Assembly: GCF_009914755.1 (NCBI RefSeq)
Contig: NC_060929.1
Direction: 5' to 3' (one strand)
Source: the human T2T-CHM13v2.0 reference genome, Homo sapiens
DNA: 64,000 nt
Part shown: piece after piece, positions 27,820 through 41,500 of the stretch
How positions within the stretch are numbered: the first letter of the stretch is position 1
How the letters are laid out: each line of letters starts with the position of its first letter
Translations under genes and position numbers: made by a program
Notes under the pieces: generated by a model
Seen by the model: only the letters and a program-made list of their open reading frames with translations
Told to the model about the DNA's origin: nothing
Databases searched by the model: none

Positions 27820-30800
27820 ATTTGGGTTGTTTCTATTCAATTCCTTTACACTCCATTCCATTCCATTCCATTCCATACAATTCCATTCCGTACCATTCCA
27901 TTCCATTCCATTCCTTTCCGTTCCATGCCATTCCACTCGCGTTGATTCCAATTCATTCAATTTTATTCGGGTTGATTGCATTCCATTCCATTCCATTCCA
28001 TTCCATTCCATTCCATTCCATTCCATTCCATTGCATTCCATTGCACTCGAGTTGATTCCATTCCATTCCATTCCATTCCATTGCACTATAGTTGATTCCA
28101 TTCCATTCCATTCCATTCCATTCCTTTCCATTCCATTCCATTCCATTCCATTCCTTCCATTCCATTCCACTCGGGTTCTTGCCATTCCATTCCATTCCAT
28201 TCCATTCCATTCCATTCCATTCCATTCATTTCCACTCGGGTTGTTTCCATTCTATTCTTTTCCATTCCATTCCATTCCATTCCATTCCACTCGGTTTGAT
28301 TCCTTTCCTTTCCATTCCACTCGAATACATTCCCTGCTATTACACTCGGAATGATTCCACTCCATTCCATTCCATTCCATTCCATTCCATTTCTTTTCGT
28401 TCTATTCCATTCTATTCCGTACCATTCCATTCCATTCCATTCCATTCCTTTCCATTCCATTGCATTCCATTCCAATCCATTCCATGCCATTCCACTCGGG
28501 TTGATTCCATTCCTTTCCATTCCTTTCGGATTGAATCCATTCCATTCCATTCCTTTCCATTCCATTCCATTCCATTGTACTCGGGTTCATTCCATTCCAT
28601 TCCACTCCATTCTACTCCATTCCATTCGATTCCTCTCCATTCCATTTGGGATGATTCCATTCCATTCCATTCCATTCCATTCCATTCCATTCCACTCTTT
28701 TTGATTCAGTTGCATTCCATTCCATTCCACGCGATTTGATTCCCTTCCATTCTCTTCCGTTTCATTCCATTCCACGCCATACGATTCCATTCCATTCCCT
28801 TCCATTCGGGTACAATCCATTCCATTCCATTTCATTCCATTCCATTCTGGTAGATTCCATTCCATTCCATTCCATTCCATTCCATTCCATTCCATTCCAT
28901 TGCACTCGGGTTGATTCCAATTCATTCCATTCCATTCCATTCCACTCCATTCCATTCCATTCCTTTCCATTCCATTCCATTCCATTCCATTCGGGTTGAT
29001 TCTATTCAATTCCGTTACACTCCATTCCATTCCATTCCATTCCACACAATTCCATTCCGTACCATTCCATTCCATTCCATTCCTTTCCATTCCATGTCAT
29101 TCCACTCGGGTTGATTCCATTCCATTCCATTCCATTCCATTCCGTTGCACTCGAGTTGATTCCATTCCATTCCCTTCCATTCCATTCCATTCCTTTCCAT
29201 TCCATTCCTTTCCATTCCATTCCACTCAGGATGATTCCATTCTGTTACTTTCCATTCCATTCCATTTCCTTCCATTCCACTCGGGTTGATTCCATTCCTT
29301 TCCATTCCACTCGAATACATTCCCTTCTATTCCACTCGGAATGATTCCATTCCATTCCATTCCATTGCATTCCATTTCGTTCCATTCCATTCTATTCCGT
29401 AAGATTCCATTCCATTCCATTCCATTCCATGCCATTCCACTCGAGTTGATTCGTTTCCTTTCCATTCCATTCGGGTTGAATCCATTCCATTCCATTCCAT
29501 TCAATTCGATTCCATTCCATTGCACTCGGGTTGATTCCCTTCCATTCCGTTCCATTCAATTTCATTCCATTCCACTCCATTCCATTCGGGATGATGCCAT
29601 TCCATTCCATTCCATTCCATTCCATTCCACTCTGTTTGATTCAGTTGCATTCCATTGCATTCCACGCGATTTGATTCCATTCCATTCTATTACGTTTCAT
29701 TCCATGCCACGCCATACGATTCCATTCCATTCCTTTCCATTCGGGTACATTCCATTCCATTCCATTCCATTCCATTCCATTCCATTCCATTCTATTCCAT
29801 TCCATTCTGGTAGATTCCATTCCATTCCATTCCATTCCATTCCATTCCATTCCATTCTGGTAGATTCCATTCCATTCCATTCCATTCCATTCCATTCCAT
29901 TGCACTCGGGTTGATTCCAATTCATTCCATTCCATTCCATTCCATTCCATTCCTTTCCATTCCATTCCCTTCCATTCCATTCTGGTTGATTCTATTCAAT
30001 TCCTTTACACTCCATTTCATTCCATTCCATTCCACAGAATTAAATTCCGTACCATTTCATTCCATTCCATTCCTTTCCATTCCATGCAATTCCACTCGGG
30101 GTGATTCCATTTCAATCCATTCTATTTGGGTTGATTGCATTCCATTCCATTCCATTCCATTCCATTCCATTCCATTCCATTCCATTCCATTCCATTCCAT
30201 TGCATTCCTTTTCACTCCAGTTGATTCGATTCCATTCCATTCCATTCCATTCCATTCCATTCCATTCCATTGCATTCCATTCCTTTCCATTCCATTCCAC
30301 TCGGGTTCTTGCCATTCCATTCCATTCCATTCCATTCCATTCCATTCATTTCCACTCGGGTTGATTCCATTCTATTCTTTTCCATTCCATTCCATTCCAT
30401 TCCATTCCACTGAGGTTGATTCCATTCCTTTCCATTCCACTCGAATACATTCCCTTCTATTCCACTCGGAATGATTCCACTCCATTCCATTCCATTCCAT
30501 TCCATTCCATTCCATTCCATTTCTTTTCTTTCTATTCCATTCTATTCCGTACCATTCCGTTCCATTCCATTCCATTCCTTTCCATTCCATTGCATTCCAT
30601 TCCAATCCATTCCATGCCATTCCACTCGGTTTGATTCCATTCCTTTTCATTCCTTTCGGATTGAATCCATTCCATTCCATTCCTTTCCATTCCATTCCAT
30701 TCCATTGCACTCGGGTTCATTCCATTCCATTCCATTCCATTCTACTCCATTCCATTCGATTCCTCTCCATTCCATTTGGGATGATTCCATTCCATTCCAT

Positions 30801-32110
30801 TCCATTCCATTCCATTCCATTCCATTCCATTCCACTCTTTTTGATTCAGTTCCATTCCATTCCATTCCACGCGATTTGATTCCATTCCATTCTATTCCGT
30901 TTCATTCCATTCCACGCCATACGATTCCATTCCATTCCCTTCCTTTCAGGTACATTCCATTCCATTCCATTTCATTCCATTCCATTCTGGTAGATTCCAT
31001 TCCATTCCATTCCATTCCATTCCATTCCATTCCATTGCACTCGGGTTGATTCCAATTCATTCCATTCCATTCCATTCCATTCCATTCCACTCCATTCCAT
31101 TCCATTCCTTTCCATTCCATTCCATTCCATTCCATTCGGGTTGATTCTATTCAATTCCTTTACACTTCATTCCATTCCATTCCATTCCACACAATTCCAT
31201 TCCCTACCATTCCATTCCATTCCATTCCTTTCCATTCCATGCCATTCCACTCGGGTTGATTCCATTCCATTCCATTCCATTCCGTTCCATTCCGTTGCAC
31301 TCGAGTTGATTCCATTCCATTCCATTCCATTCCATTCCTTTCCATTCCATTCCTTTCCATTCCATTCCACTCAGGATGATTCCATTCTGTTACTTTCCAT
31401 TCCATTCCATTTCCTTCCATTCCACTCGGGTTGATTCCATTCCTTTCCATTCCACTCGAATACATTCCCTTCTATTCCACTCGGAATGATTCCATTCCAT
31501 TCCATTCCATTGCATTCCATTTCGTTCCATTCCATTCTATTCCGTAAGATTCCATTCCATTCCATTCCATTCCATGCCATTCCACTCGAGTTGATTCGTT
31601 TCCTTTCCATTCCATTCGGGTTGAATCCATTCCATTCCATTCCATTCAATTCGATTCCATTCCATTGCACTCGGGTTGATTCCCTTCCATTCCATTCCAT
31701 TCAATTCCATTCCATTCCACTCCATTCCATTCGGGATGATGCCATTCCATTCCATTCCATTCCATTCCATTCCACTCTGTTTGATTCAGTTGCATTCCAT
31801 TGCATTCCACGCGATTTGATTCCATTCCATTCTATTACGTTTCATTCCATGCCACGCCATACGATTCCATTCCATTCCATTCCATTCCGTTTCATTCCAT
31901 GCCACTCCATACGATTCCATTCCATTCCATTCCATTCGGGTACATTCCATTCCATTCCATTCCTTTCCATTCCATTCTGGTAGATTCCATTCCATTCCAT
32001 TCCATTCCATTCCATTCCATTCCATTCTGGTAGATTCCAATCCATTCCATTCCATTCCATTCCATTCCATTCCATTGCACTCGGGTTGATTCCAATTCAT
32101 TCCATTCCAT
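27820..32110 (+). repeat. Older ~2.15 kb tandem duplication (~27.8-29.97 kb and ~29.97-32.1 kb)
   Basis: GGGTTCTTGCC (~28173, ~30303), CGATTCCTCTCC...TTTGGGATG (~28627, ~30757), CCGTAAGATT (~29399, ~31544). ORF offsets 29015/31160 and 29226/31371 are both 2145. Confidence 0.85.
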
Positions 32111-35100
32111 TCCATTCCATTCCTTTCCATTCCATTCCCTTCCATTCCATTCTGGTTGATTCTATTCAATTCATTTACACTCCATTCCATTCCATTCCAT
32201 TCCACACAATTAAATTCCGTACCATTTCATTCCATTCCATTCCTTTCCATTCCATGCAATTCCACTCGGTGTGATTCCATTCCAATCCATTCTATTCGGG
32301 TTGATTGCATTCCATTCCATTCCATTCCATTCCATTCCATTCCATTCCATTGCATTCCTTTTCACTCCAGTTGATTCTATTCCATTCCATTCCATTCCAT
32401 TCCATTCCATTCCATTCCATTCCATTCCATTGCACTAGGGTTGATTCCATTCCATTCCATTCCATTCCATTCCATTCCATTCCATTCCTTTCCATTCCAT
32501 TCCACTCGGGTTGATTCCATTCTATTCTTTTCCATTCCATTCCATTCCGTTGCATTCCACTCGTGTTTATTCCATTCCTTTCCATTCCACTCGAATATAT
32601 TCCCTTCTATTCCACTCGGAATGATTCCACTCCATTCCATTCCATTCCATTCCATTCCATTCCATTCCATTCCATTCAAATTCATTTCGTTGCATTCCAT
32701 TCTATTCCGTTCCATTCCTTTCCATTCCATTCCATGCCATTCCACTCGGGTTGATTCCATTCCTTTCCATTCCATTCGGATTGAATCCATTCCAATCCAT
32801 TATATTCCATTCCATTCCCTTCCATTCCATTCTGGTTGATTCTATTCAATTCCTTTACACTCCATTCCATTCCATTCCATTCCACAGAATTAAATTCCGT
32901 ACCATTTCATTCCATTCCATTCCTTTCCATTCCATGCAATTCCACTCGGGGTGATTCCATTTCAATCCATTCTATTTGGGTTGATTGCATTCCATTCCAT
33001 TCCATTCCATTCCATTCCATTCCATTCCATTGCATTCCTTTTCACTCCAGTTGATTCGATTCCATTCCATTCCATTCCATTCCATTCCATTCCATTCCAT
33101 TGCATTCCATTCCTTTCCATTCCATTCCACTCGGGTTCTTGCCATTCCATTCCATTCCATTCCATTCCATTCCATTCATTTCCACTCGGGTTGATTCCAT
33201 TCTATTCTTTTCCATTCCATTCCATTCCATTCCATTCCACTGAGGTTGATTCCATTCCTTTCCATTCCACTCGAATACATTCCCTTCTATTCCACTCGGA
33301 ATGATTCCACTCCATTCCATTCCATTCCATTCCATTCCATTCCATTCCATTTCTTTTCGTTCTATTGCATTCTATTCCGTACCATTCCGTTCCATTCCAT
33401 TCCATTCCTTTCCATTCCATTGCATTCCATTCCAATCCATTCCATGCCATTCCACTCGGTTTGATTCCATTCCTTTTCATTCCTTTCGGATTGAATCCAT
33501 TCCATTCCATTCCTTTCCATTCCATTCCATTCCATTGCACTCGGGTTCATTCCATTCCATTCCATTCCATTCTACTCCATTCCATTCGATTCCTCTCCAT
33601 TCCATTTGGGATGATTCCATTCCATTCCATTCTATTCCATTCCATTCCATTCCATTCCATTCCATTCCACTCTTTTTGATTCAGTTCCATTCCATTCCAT
33701 TCCACGCGATTTGATTCCATTCCATTCTATTCCGTTTCATTCCATTCCACGCCATACGATTCCATTCCATTCCCTTCCTTTCAGGTACATTCCATTCCAT
33801 TCCATTTCATTCCATTCCATTCTGGTAGATTCCATTCCATTCCATTCCATTCCATTCCATTCCATTGCACTCGGGTTGATTCCAATTCATTCCATTCCAT
33901 TCCATTCCATTCCACTCCATTCCATTCCATTCCTTTCCATTCCATTCCATTCCATTCCATTCGGGTTGATTCTATTCAATTCCTTTACACTCCATTCCAT
34001 TCCATTCCATTCCACACAATTCCATTCCCTACCATTCCATTCCATTCCATTCCTTTCCATTCCATGCCATTCCACTCGGGTTGATTCCATTCCATTCCAT
34101 TCCATTCCGTTCCATTCCGTTGCACTCGAGTTGATTCCATTCCATTCCATTCCATTCCATTCCTTTCCATTCCATTCCTTTCCATTCCATTCCACTCAGG
34201 ATGATTCCATTCTGTTACTTTCCATTCCATTACATTTCCTTCCATTCCACTCGGGTTGATTCCATTCCTTTCCATTCCACTCGAATACATTCCCTTCTAT
34301 TCCACTCGGAATGATTCCATTCCATTTCATTCCATTGCATTCCATTTCGTTCCATTCCATTCTATTCCGTAAGATTCCATTCCATTCCATTCCATTCCAT
34401 GCCATTCCACTCGAGTTGATTCGTTTCCTTTCCATTCCATTCGGGTTGAATCCATTCCATTCCATTCCATTCAATTCGATTCCATTCCATTGCACTCGGG
34501 TTGATTCCCTTCCATTCCGTTCCATTCAATTCCATTCCATTCCACTCCATTCCATTCGGGATGATGCCATTCCATTCCATTCCATTCCATTCCATTCCAC
34601 TCTGTTTGATTCAGTTGCATTCCATTGCATTCCACGCGATTTGATTCCATTCCATTCTATTACGTTTCATTCCATGCCACGCCATACGATTCCATTCCAT
34701 TCCATTCCATTCCGTTTCATTCCATGCCACTCCATACGATTCCATTCCATTCCATTCCATTCGGGTACATTCCATTCCATTCCATTCCTTTCCATTCCAT
34801 TCTGGTAGATTCCATTCCATTCCATTCCATTCCATTCCATTCCATTCCATTCCATTCCATTCTGGTAGATTCCAATCCATTCCATTCCATTCCATTCCAT
34901 TCCATTCCATTGCACTCGGGTTGATTCCAATTCATTCCATTCCATTCCATTCCATTCCTTTCCATTCCATTCCCTTCCATTCCATTCTGGTTGATTCTAT
35001 TCAATTCATTTACACTCCATTCCATTCCATTCCATTCCACACAATTAAATTCCGTACCATTTCATTCCATTCCATTCCTTTCCATTCCATGCAATTCCAC

Positions 35101-38100
35101 TCGGTGTGATTCCATTCCAATCCATTCTATTCGGGTTGATTGCATTCCATTCCATTCCATTCCATTCCATTCCATTCCATTCCATTCCATTGCATTCCTT
35201 TTCACTCCAGTTGATTCTATTCCATTCCATTCCATTCCATTCCATTCCATTCCATTCCATTCCATTCCATTGCACTAGGGTTGATTCCATTCCATTCCAT
35301 TCCATTCCATTCCATTCCATTCCATTCCATTCCATTCCTTTCCATTCCATTCCACTCGGGTTGATTCCATTCTATTCTTTTCCATTCCATTCCATTCCGT
35401 TGCATTCCACTCGTGTTTATTCCATTCCTTTCCATTCCACTCGAATATATTCCCTTCTATTCCACTCGGAATGATTCCACTCCATTCCATTCCATTCCAT
35501 TCCATTCCATTCCATTCCATTCCATTCAAATTCATTTCGTTGCATTCCATTCTATTCCGTTCCATTCCTTTCCATTCCATTCCATGCCATTCCACTCGGG
35601 TTGATTCCATTCCTTTCCATTCCATTCGGATTGAATCCATTCCAATCCATTATATTCCATTCCATTCCCTTCCATTCCATTCTGGTTGATTCTATTCAAT
35701 TCCTTTACACTCCATTCCATTCCATTCCATTCCACAGAATTAAATTCCGTACCATTTCATTCCATTCCATTCCTTTCCATTCCATGCAATTCCACTCGGG
35801 GTGATTCCATTTCAATCCATTCTATTTGGGTTGATTGCATTCCATTCCATTCCATTCCATTCCATTCCATTCCATTCCATTCCATTCCATTGCATTCCTT
35901 TTCACTCCAGTTGATTCGATTCCATTCCATTCCATTCCATTCCATTCCATTCCATTGCATTCCATTCCTTTCCATTCCATTCCACTCGGGTTCTTGCCAT
36001 TCCATTCCATTCCATTCCATTCCATTCCATTCATTTCCACTCGGGTTGATTCCATTCTATTCTTTTCCATTCCATTCCATTCCATTCCATTCCACTGAGG
36101 TTGATTCCATTCCTTTCCATTCCACTCGAATACATTCCCTTCTATTCCACTCGGAATGATTCCACTCCATTCCATTCCATTCCATTCCATTCCATTCCAT
36201 TCCATTTCTTTTCGTTCTATTCCATTCTATTCCGTACCATTCCGTTCCATTCCATTCCATTCCTTTCCATTCCATTGCATTCCATTCCAATCCATTCCAT
36301 GCCATTCCACTCGGTTTGATTCCATTCCTTTTCATTCCTTTCGGATTGAATCCATTCCATTCCATTCCTTTCCATTCCATTCCATTCCATTGCACTCGGG
36401 TTCATTCCATTCCATTCCATTCCATTCTACTCCATTCCATTCGATTCCTCTCCATTCCATTTGGGATGATTCCATTCCATTCCATTCTATTCCATTCCAT
36501 TCCATTCCATTCCATTCCATTCCACTCTTTTTGATTCAGTTCCATTCCATTCCATTCCACGCGATTTGATTCCATTCCATTCTATTCCGTTTCATTCCAT
36601 TCCACGCCATACGATTCCATTCCATTCCCTTCCTTTCAGGTACATTCCATTCCATTCCATTTCATTCCATTCCATTCTGGTAGATTCCATTCCATTCCAT
36701 TCCATTCCATTCCATTCCATTGCACTCGGGTTGATTCCAATTCATTCCATTCCATTCCATTCCATTCCATTCCACTCCATTCCATTCCATTACTTTCCAT
36801 TCCATTCCATTCCTTTCCATTCCATTCCATTCCATTCCATTCGGGTTGATTCTATTCAATTCCTTTACACTCCATTCCATTCCATTCCATTCCACACAAT
36901 TCCATTCCCTACCATTCCATTCCATTCCATTCCTTTCCATTCCATGCCATTCCACTCGGGTTGATTCCATTCCATTCCATTCCATTCCGTTCCATTCCGT
37001 TGCACTCGAGTTGATTCCATTCCATTCCATTCCATTCCATTCCTTTCCATTCCATTCCTTTCCATTCCATTCCACTCAGGATGATTCCATTCTGTTACTT
37101 TCCATTCCATTCCATTTCCTTCCATTCCACTCGGGTTGATTCCATTCCTTTCCATTCCACTCGAATACATTCCCTTCTATTCCACTCGGAATGATTCCAT
37201 TCCATTCCATTCCATTGCATTCCATTTCGTTCCATTCCATTCTATTCCGTAAGATTCCATTCCATTCCATTCCATTCCATGCCATTCCACTCGAGTTGAT
37301 TCGTTTCCTTTCCATTCCATTCGGGTTGAATCCATTCCATTCCATTCCATTCAATTCGATTCCATTCCATTGCACTCGGGTTGATTCCCTTCCATTCCGT
37401 TCCATTCAATTCCATTCCATTCCACTCCATTCCATTCGGGATGATGCCATTCCATTCCATTCCATTCCATTCCATTCCACTCTGTTTGATTCAGTTGCAT
37501 TCCATTGCATTCCACGCGATTTGATTCCATTCCATTCTATTACGTTTCATTCCATGCCACGCCATACGATTCCATTCCATTCCATTCCATTCCGTTTCAT
37601 TCCATGCCACTCCATACGATTCCATTCCATTCCATTCCATTCGGGTACATTCCATTCCATTCCATTCCTTTCCATTCCATTCTGGTAGATTCCATTCCAT
37701 TCCATTCCATTCCATTCCATTCCATTCCATTCTGGTAGATTCCAATCCATTCCATTCCATTCCATTCCATTCCATTCCATTGCACTCGGGTTGATTCCAA
37801 TTCATTCCATTCCATTCCATTCCATTCCTTTCCATTCCATTCCCTTCCATTCCATTCTGGTTGATTCTATTCAATTCATTTACACTCCATTCCATTCCAT
37901 TCCATTCCACACAATTAAATTCCGTACCATTTCATTCCATTCCATTCCTTTCCATTCCATGCAATTCCACTCGGGGTGATTCCATTCCAATCCATTCTAT
38001 TCGGGTTGATTGCATTCCATTCCATTCCATTCCATTCCATTCCATTCCATTCCATTGCATTCCTTTTCACTCCAGTTGATTCTATTCCATTCCATTCCAT

Positions 38101-38520
38101 TCCATTCCATTCCATTCCATTCCATTCCATTCCATTCCATTGCACTAGGGTTGATTCCATTCCATTCCATTCCATTCCATTCCATTCCATTCCTTTCCAT
38201 TCCATTCCACTCGGGTTGATTCCATTCTATTCTTTTCCATTCCATTCCATTCCGTTGCATTCCACTCGTGTTTATTCCATTCCTTTCCATTCCACTCGAA
38301 TATATTCCCTTCTATTCCACTCGGAATGATTCCACTCCATTCCATTCCATTCCATTCCATTCCATTCCATTCCATTCCATTCCATTCAAATTCATTTCGT
38401 TGCATTCCATTCTATTCCGTTCCATTCCTTTCCATTCCATTCCATGCCATTCCACTCGGGTTGATTCCATTCCTTTCCATTCCATTCGGATTGAATCCAT
38501 TCCAATCCATTATATTCCAT
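29961..38520 (+). repeat. Three near-identical tandem copies of a ~2.85 kb unit
   Basis: The unit start TCCATTCCCTTCCATTCCATTCTGGTTGATTCTATTCAATTCCTTTAC followed by CAGAATTAAATT occurs at 29961, 32811 and 35661. The unit end TATATTCC occurs at 32801, 35651 and 38511. ORF offsets 30416/33246/36101 and 32563/35413/38268. Confidence 0.92.
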
Positions 38521-41500
38521 TCCATTCCATTCCATTCCACTCCATTCCATTCCATTCCACTCCATTCCATTCGGGATGATTCCATTCCATTCCATTCCAT
38601 TCCATTCCATTCCATTCCATTCTGGTAGATCCCATTCCATTCCATTCCAATCCATTCCATTCCATTCCATTCCATTCCACTCTGGTTGAATCCGATTCAT
38701 TCAATTCCATTCCATTCCATTCCATTCCATTCCATTCCTTTCCGTTCCGTTCCATTCCATTCCATTCCTTTCCATACCATTCCATTCCATTCCATTCGGG
38801 TTGATTGTATTCAGTTCCTATACACTCCATTCCATTCCATTCAATTCCACACAACTCCATTCCGTACCATTCCATTCCATTCCATTCCTTTCCATTGCAT
38901 GCCATTCCACTCGGGTTGATTCCATTTCATTCAATTTTATTCGGGTTGATTCCATTCCATTCCATTCCATTCCATTGCATTCCATTGCACTCGAGTTGAT
39001 TCCATTCCATTCCATTCCATTCCATTCCACACAATTCCATTCCGTACCACTCCATTCCATTCCATTCTATTCCATTCCATTGCATTCCATTGCACTCGAT
39101 TTGATTCCTTTCCATTCCATTTCATTCCATTCTATTCGGGTTGATTCCATTCCATTCCATTCCATTCCATTCCAAACAGTTCCATTCCGTACCATTCCAT
39201 TCCATTCCATTCCATTCCATTCCATTCCATTCCATTCCATTCCATTCCATTGCACTCAAGTTGATTCCATTCCATTCCATTCCGTTCCATTCCAATCCTT
39301 TCCATTCCATTCCACTCGGGTTGATTCCATTCTATTCTTTTCCATTCAATTCCATTCCCTTCCATTCCACTCGGGTTGATTCCATTCCTTTCCATTCCAC
39401 TCGAATACATTCCCTTCTATTCCACTCGGAATGATTCCACTCCATTTCATTCCATTCCATTCTATTCCATTTCATTTCGTTCTATTCCATTCTATTCCGT
39501 ACCATTCCATTGAATTCCATTCCATTCCATTCCATTCCATGCCATTCCACTCGGGTTGATTCCATTCCTTTCCATTGCATTTGGATTGAATCCATTCCAT
39601 TCCATTCTTCCATTCGATTCCATTCCATTGCACTCCGGTTCATTCCATTCCATTGCATTCAATTCTACTCCATTCCATTCCATTCCACTCCATTCCATTC
39701 GGGATGATTCCATTCCATTCCATTCCATTCCATTCCATTCATTCCATTCCATTCCACACAACTCCATTCCGTACCATTCCATTCCATTCCTTTCCTTTCC
39801 ATTGCATGCCATTCCACTCGGGTTGATTCCATTTCATTCAATTTTATTCGGGTTGATTCCATTCCATTCCATTCCATTCCATTGCATTCCATTGCACTCG
39901 AGTTGATTCCATTCCATTCCATTCCATTCCATTCCATTCCATTCCATTACACACAATTCCATTCCGTACCATTCCAATCCATTCCATTCCATTCCATTCC
40001 ATTCCATTCCATTCCATTCCACACAATTCCATTCCATACCATTCCATTCCATTCCATTCCATTCCATTCCATTCCATTCCATTCCATTCCATTGCACTCA
40101 ATTTGATTCCATTCCATTCCATTCCATTCCATTCCATTCCATTCCATTCCATTCGGGTTGATTCTATTCAATTCCTTTACACTCCATTTCCTTCCATTCC
40201 ATTCCATTCCACACAATTCCATTCCATTCCATTCCATTCCAATTGGGTTGAATCCATTCCATTCCATTTCGTTCCATTCCATTCTTCTATTCCGTTCCAT
40301 TCCATTTCCATTCCTTTCCTTTCCATTCCATTCCTTTCCACTCGTGTTGATTCCATTCCATTCCATTCTATTCGGGTTGATTCCATTCCATTCCATTCCA
40401 TTCCATTCCATTCCATTCCATTCCATCACACTCGAGTTGATTCCATTCAATTCCATTCCATTCCTTTCCATTCCATTACTTTCCATTCCATTCCACTCAG
40501 GTTGATTCCATTCTATTACTTTCCATTCCATTCCATTCCCTTCCATTCCACTCGGGTTGATTCCATTCCTTTCCATTGCACTCGAATACATTCCCTTCTA
40601 TTCCCCTCGGAATGATTCCATTCCATTCCATTGCATTCCATTTCGTTCCATTCCATTCTATTCCGTACCATTCCATTCCATTCCATTCCATTCCATTCCA
40701 TTCCATTCCATGCCATTCCACTCGAGTTGATTCCATTCCTTTCCATTCCATTCGGGTTGAATCAATTCCATTCCATTCCATTCCATTCCATTGCATTCCA
40801 TTGCACTCGAGTTGATTCCTTTCCATTCCATTTCATTCCATTCTATTCGGGTTGATTCCATTCCATTCCATTCCATTCCATTCCATTCCATTCCACACAA
40901 TTCCATTCTGTACCATTCCATTCCATTCCATTCCATTCCATTGCACTCAAGTTGATTCCCTTCCATTCCATTCCATTCCATTCCATTCCATTCCATTCCA
41001 TTCCATTCCTTTCCATTCCATTCCACTCTGGTTGATTCCATTCTATTCTTTTCCATTCCATTCCATTCCCTTCCATTCCACTCGGGTTGATTCCATTCCT
41101 TTCCATTCCACTCGAATACTTTCCCTTCTATTCCAGTCGGAATGATTCCACTCCATTCCATTCCATTCCATTCTATTCCATTTCATTTCGTTCTATTCCA
41201 TTCTATACCGTACCATTCCATTGAATTCCATTCCATTCCATTCCATTCCATGCCATTCCACTCGGGTTGATTCCATTCCTTTCCATTCCATTCGGATTGA
41301 ATCCATTCCATTCCATTCCTTTCCATTCGATTCCATTCCATTGCACTCCGGTTCATTCCATTCCATTCCATTCCATTCTACTCCATTCCATTCCGTTCCA
41401 CTCCATTCCATTCGAGATGATTCCATTCCATTCCATTCCATTCCATTCCATTCCATTCCATTCCGTTCCATTCCGTTCCATTCCATTTCATTCCATTCCA

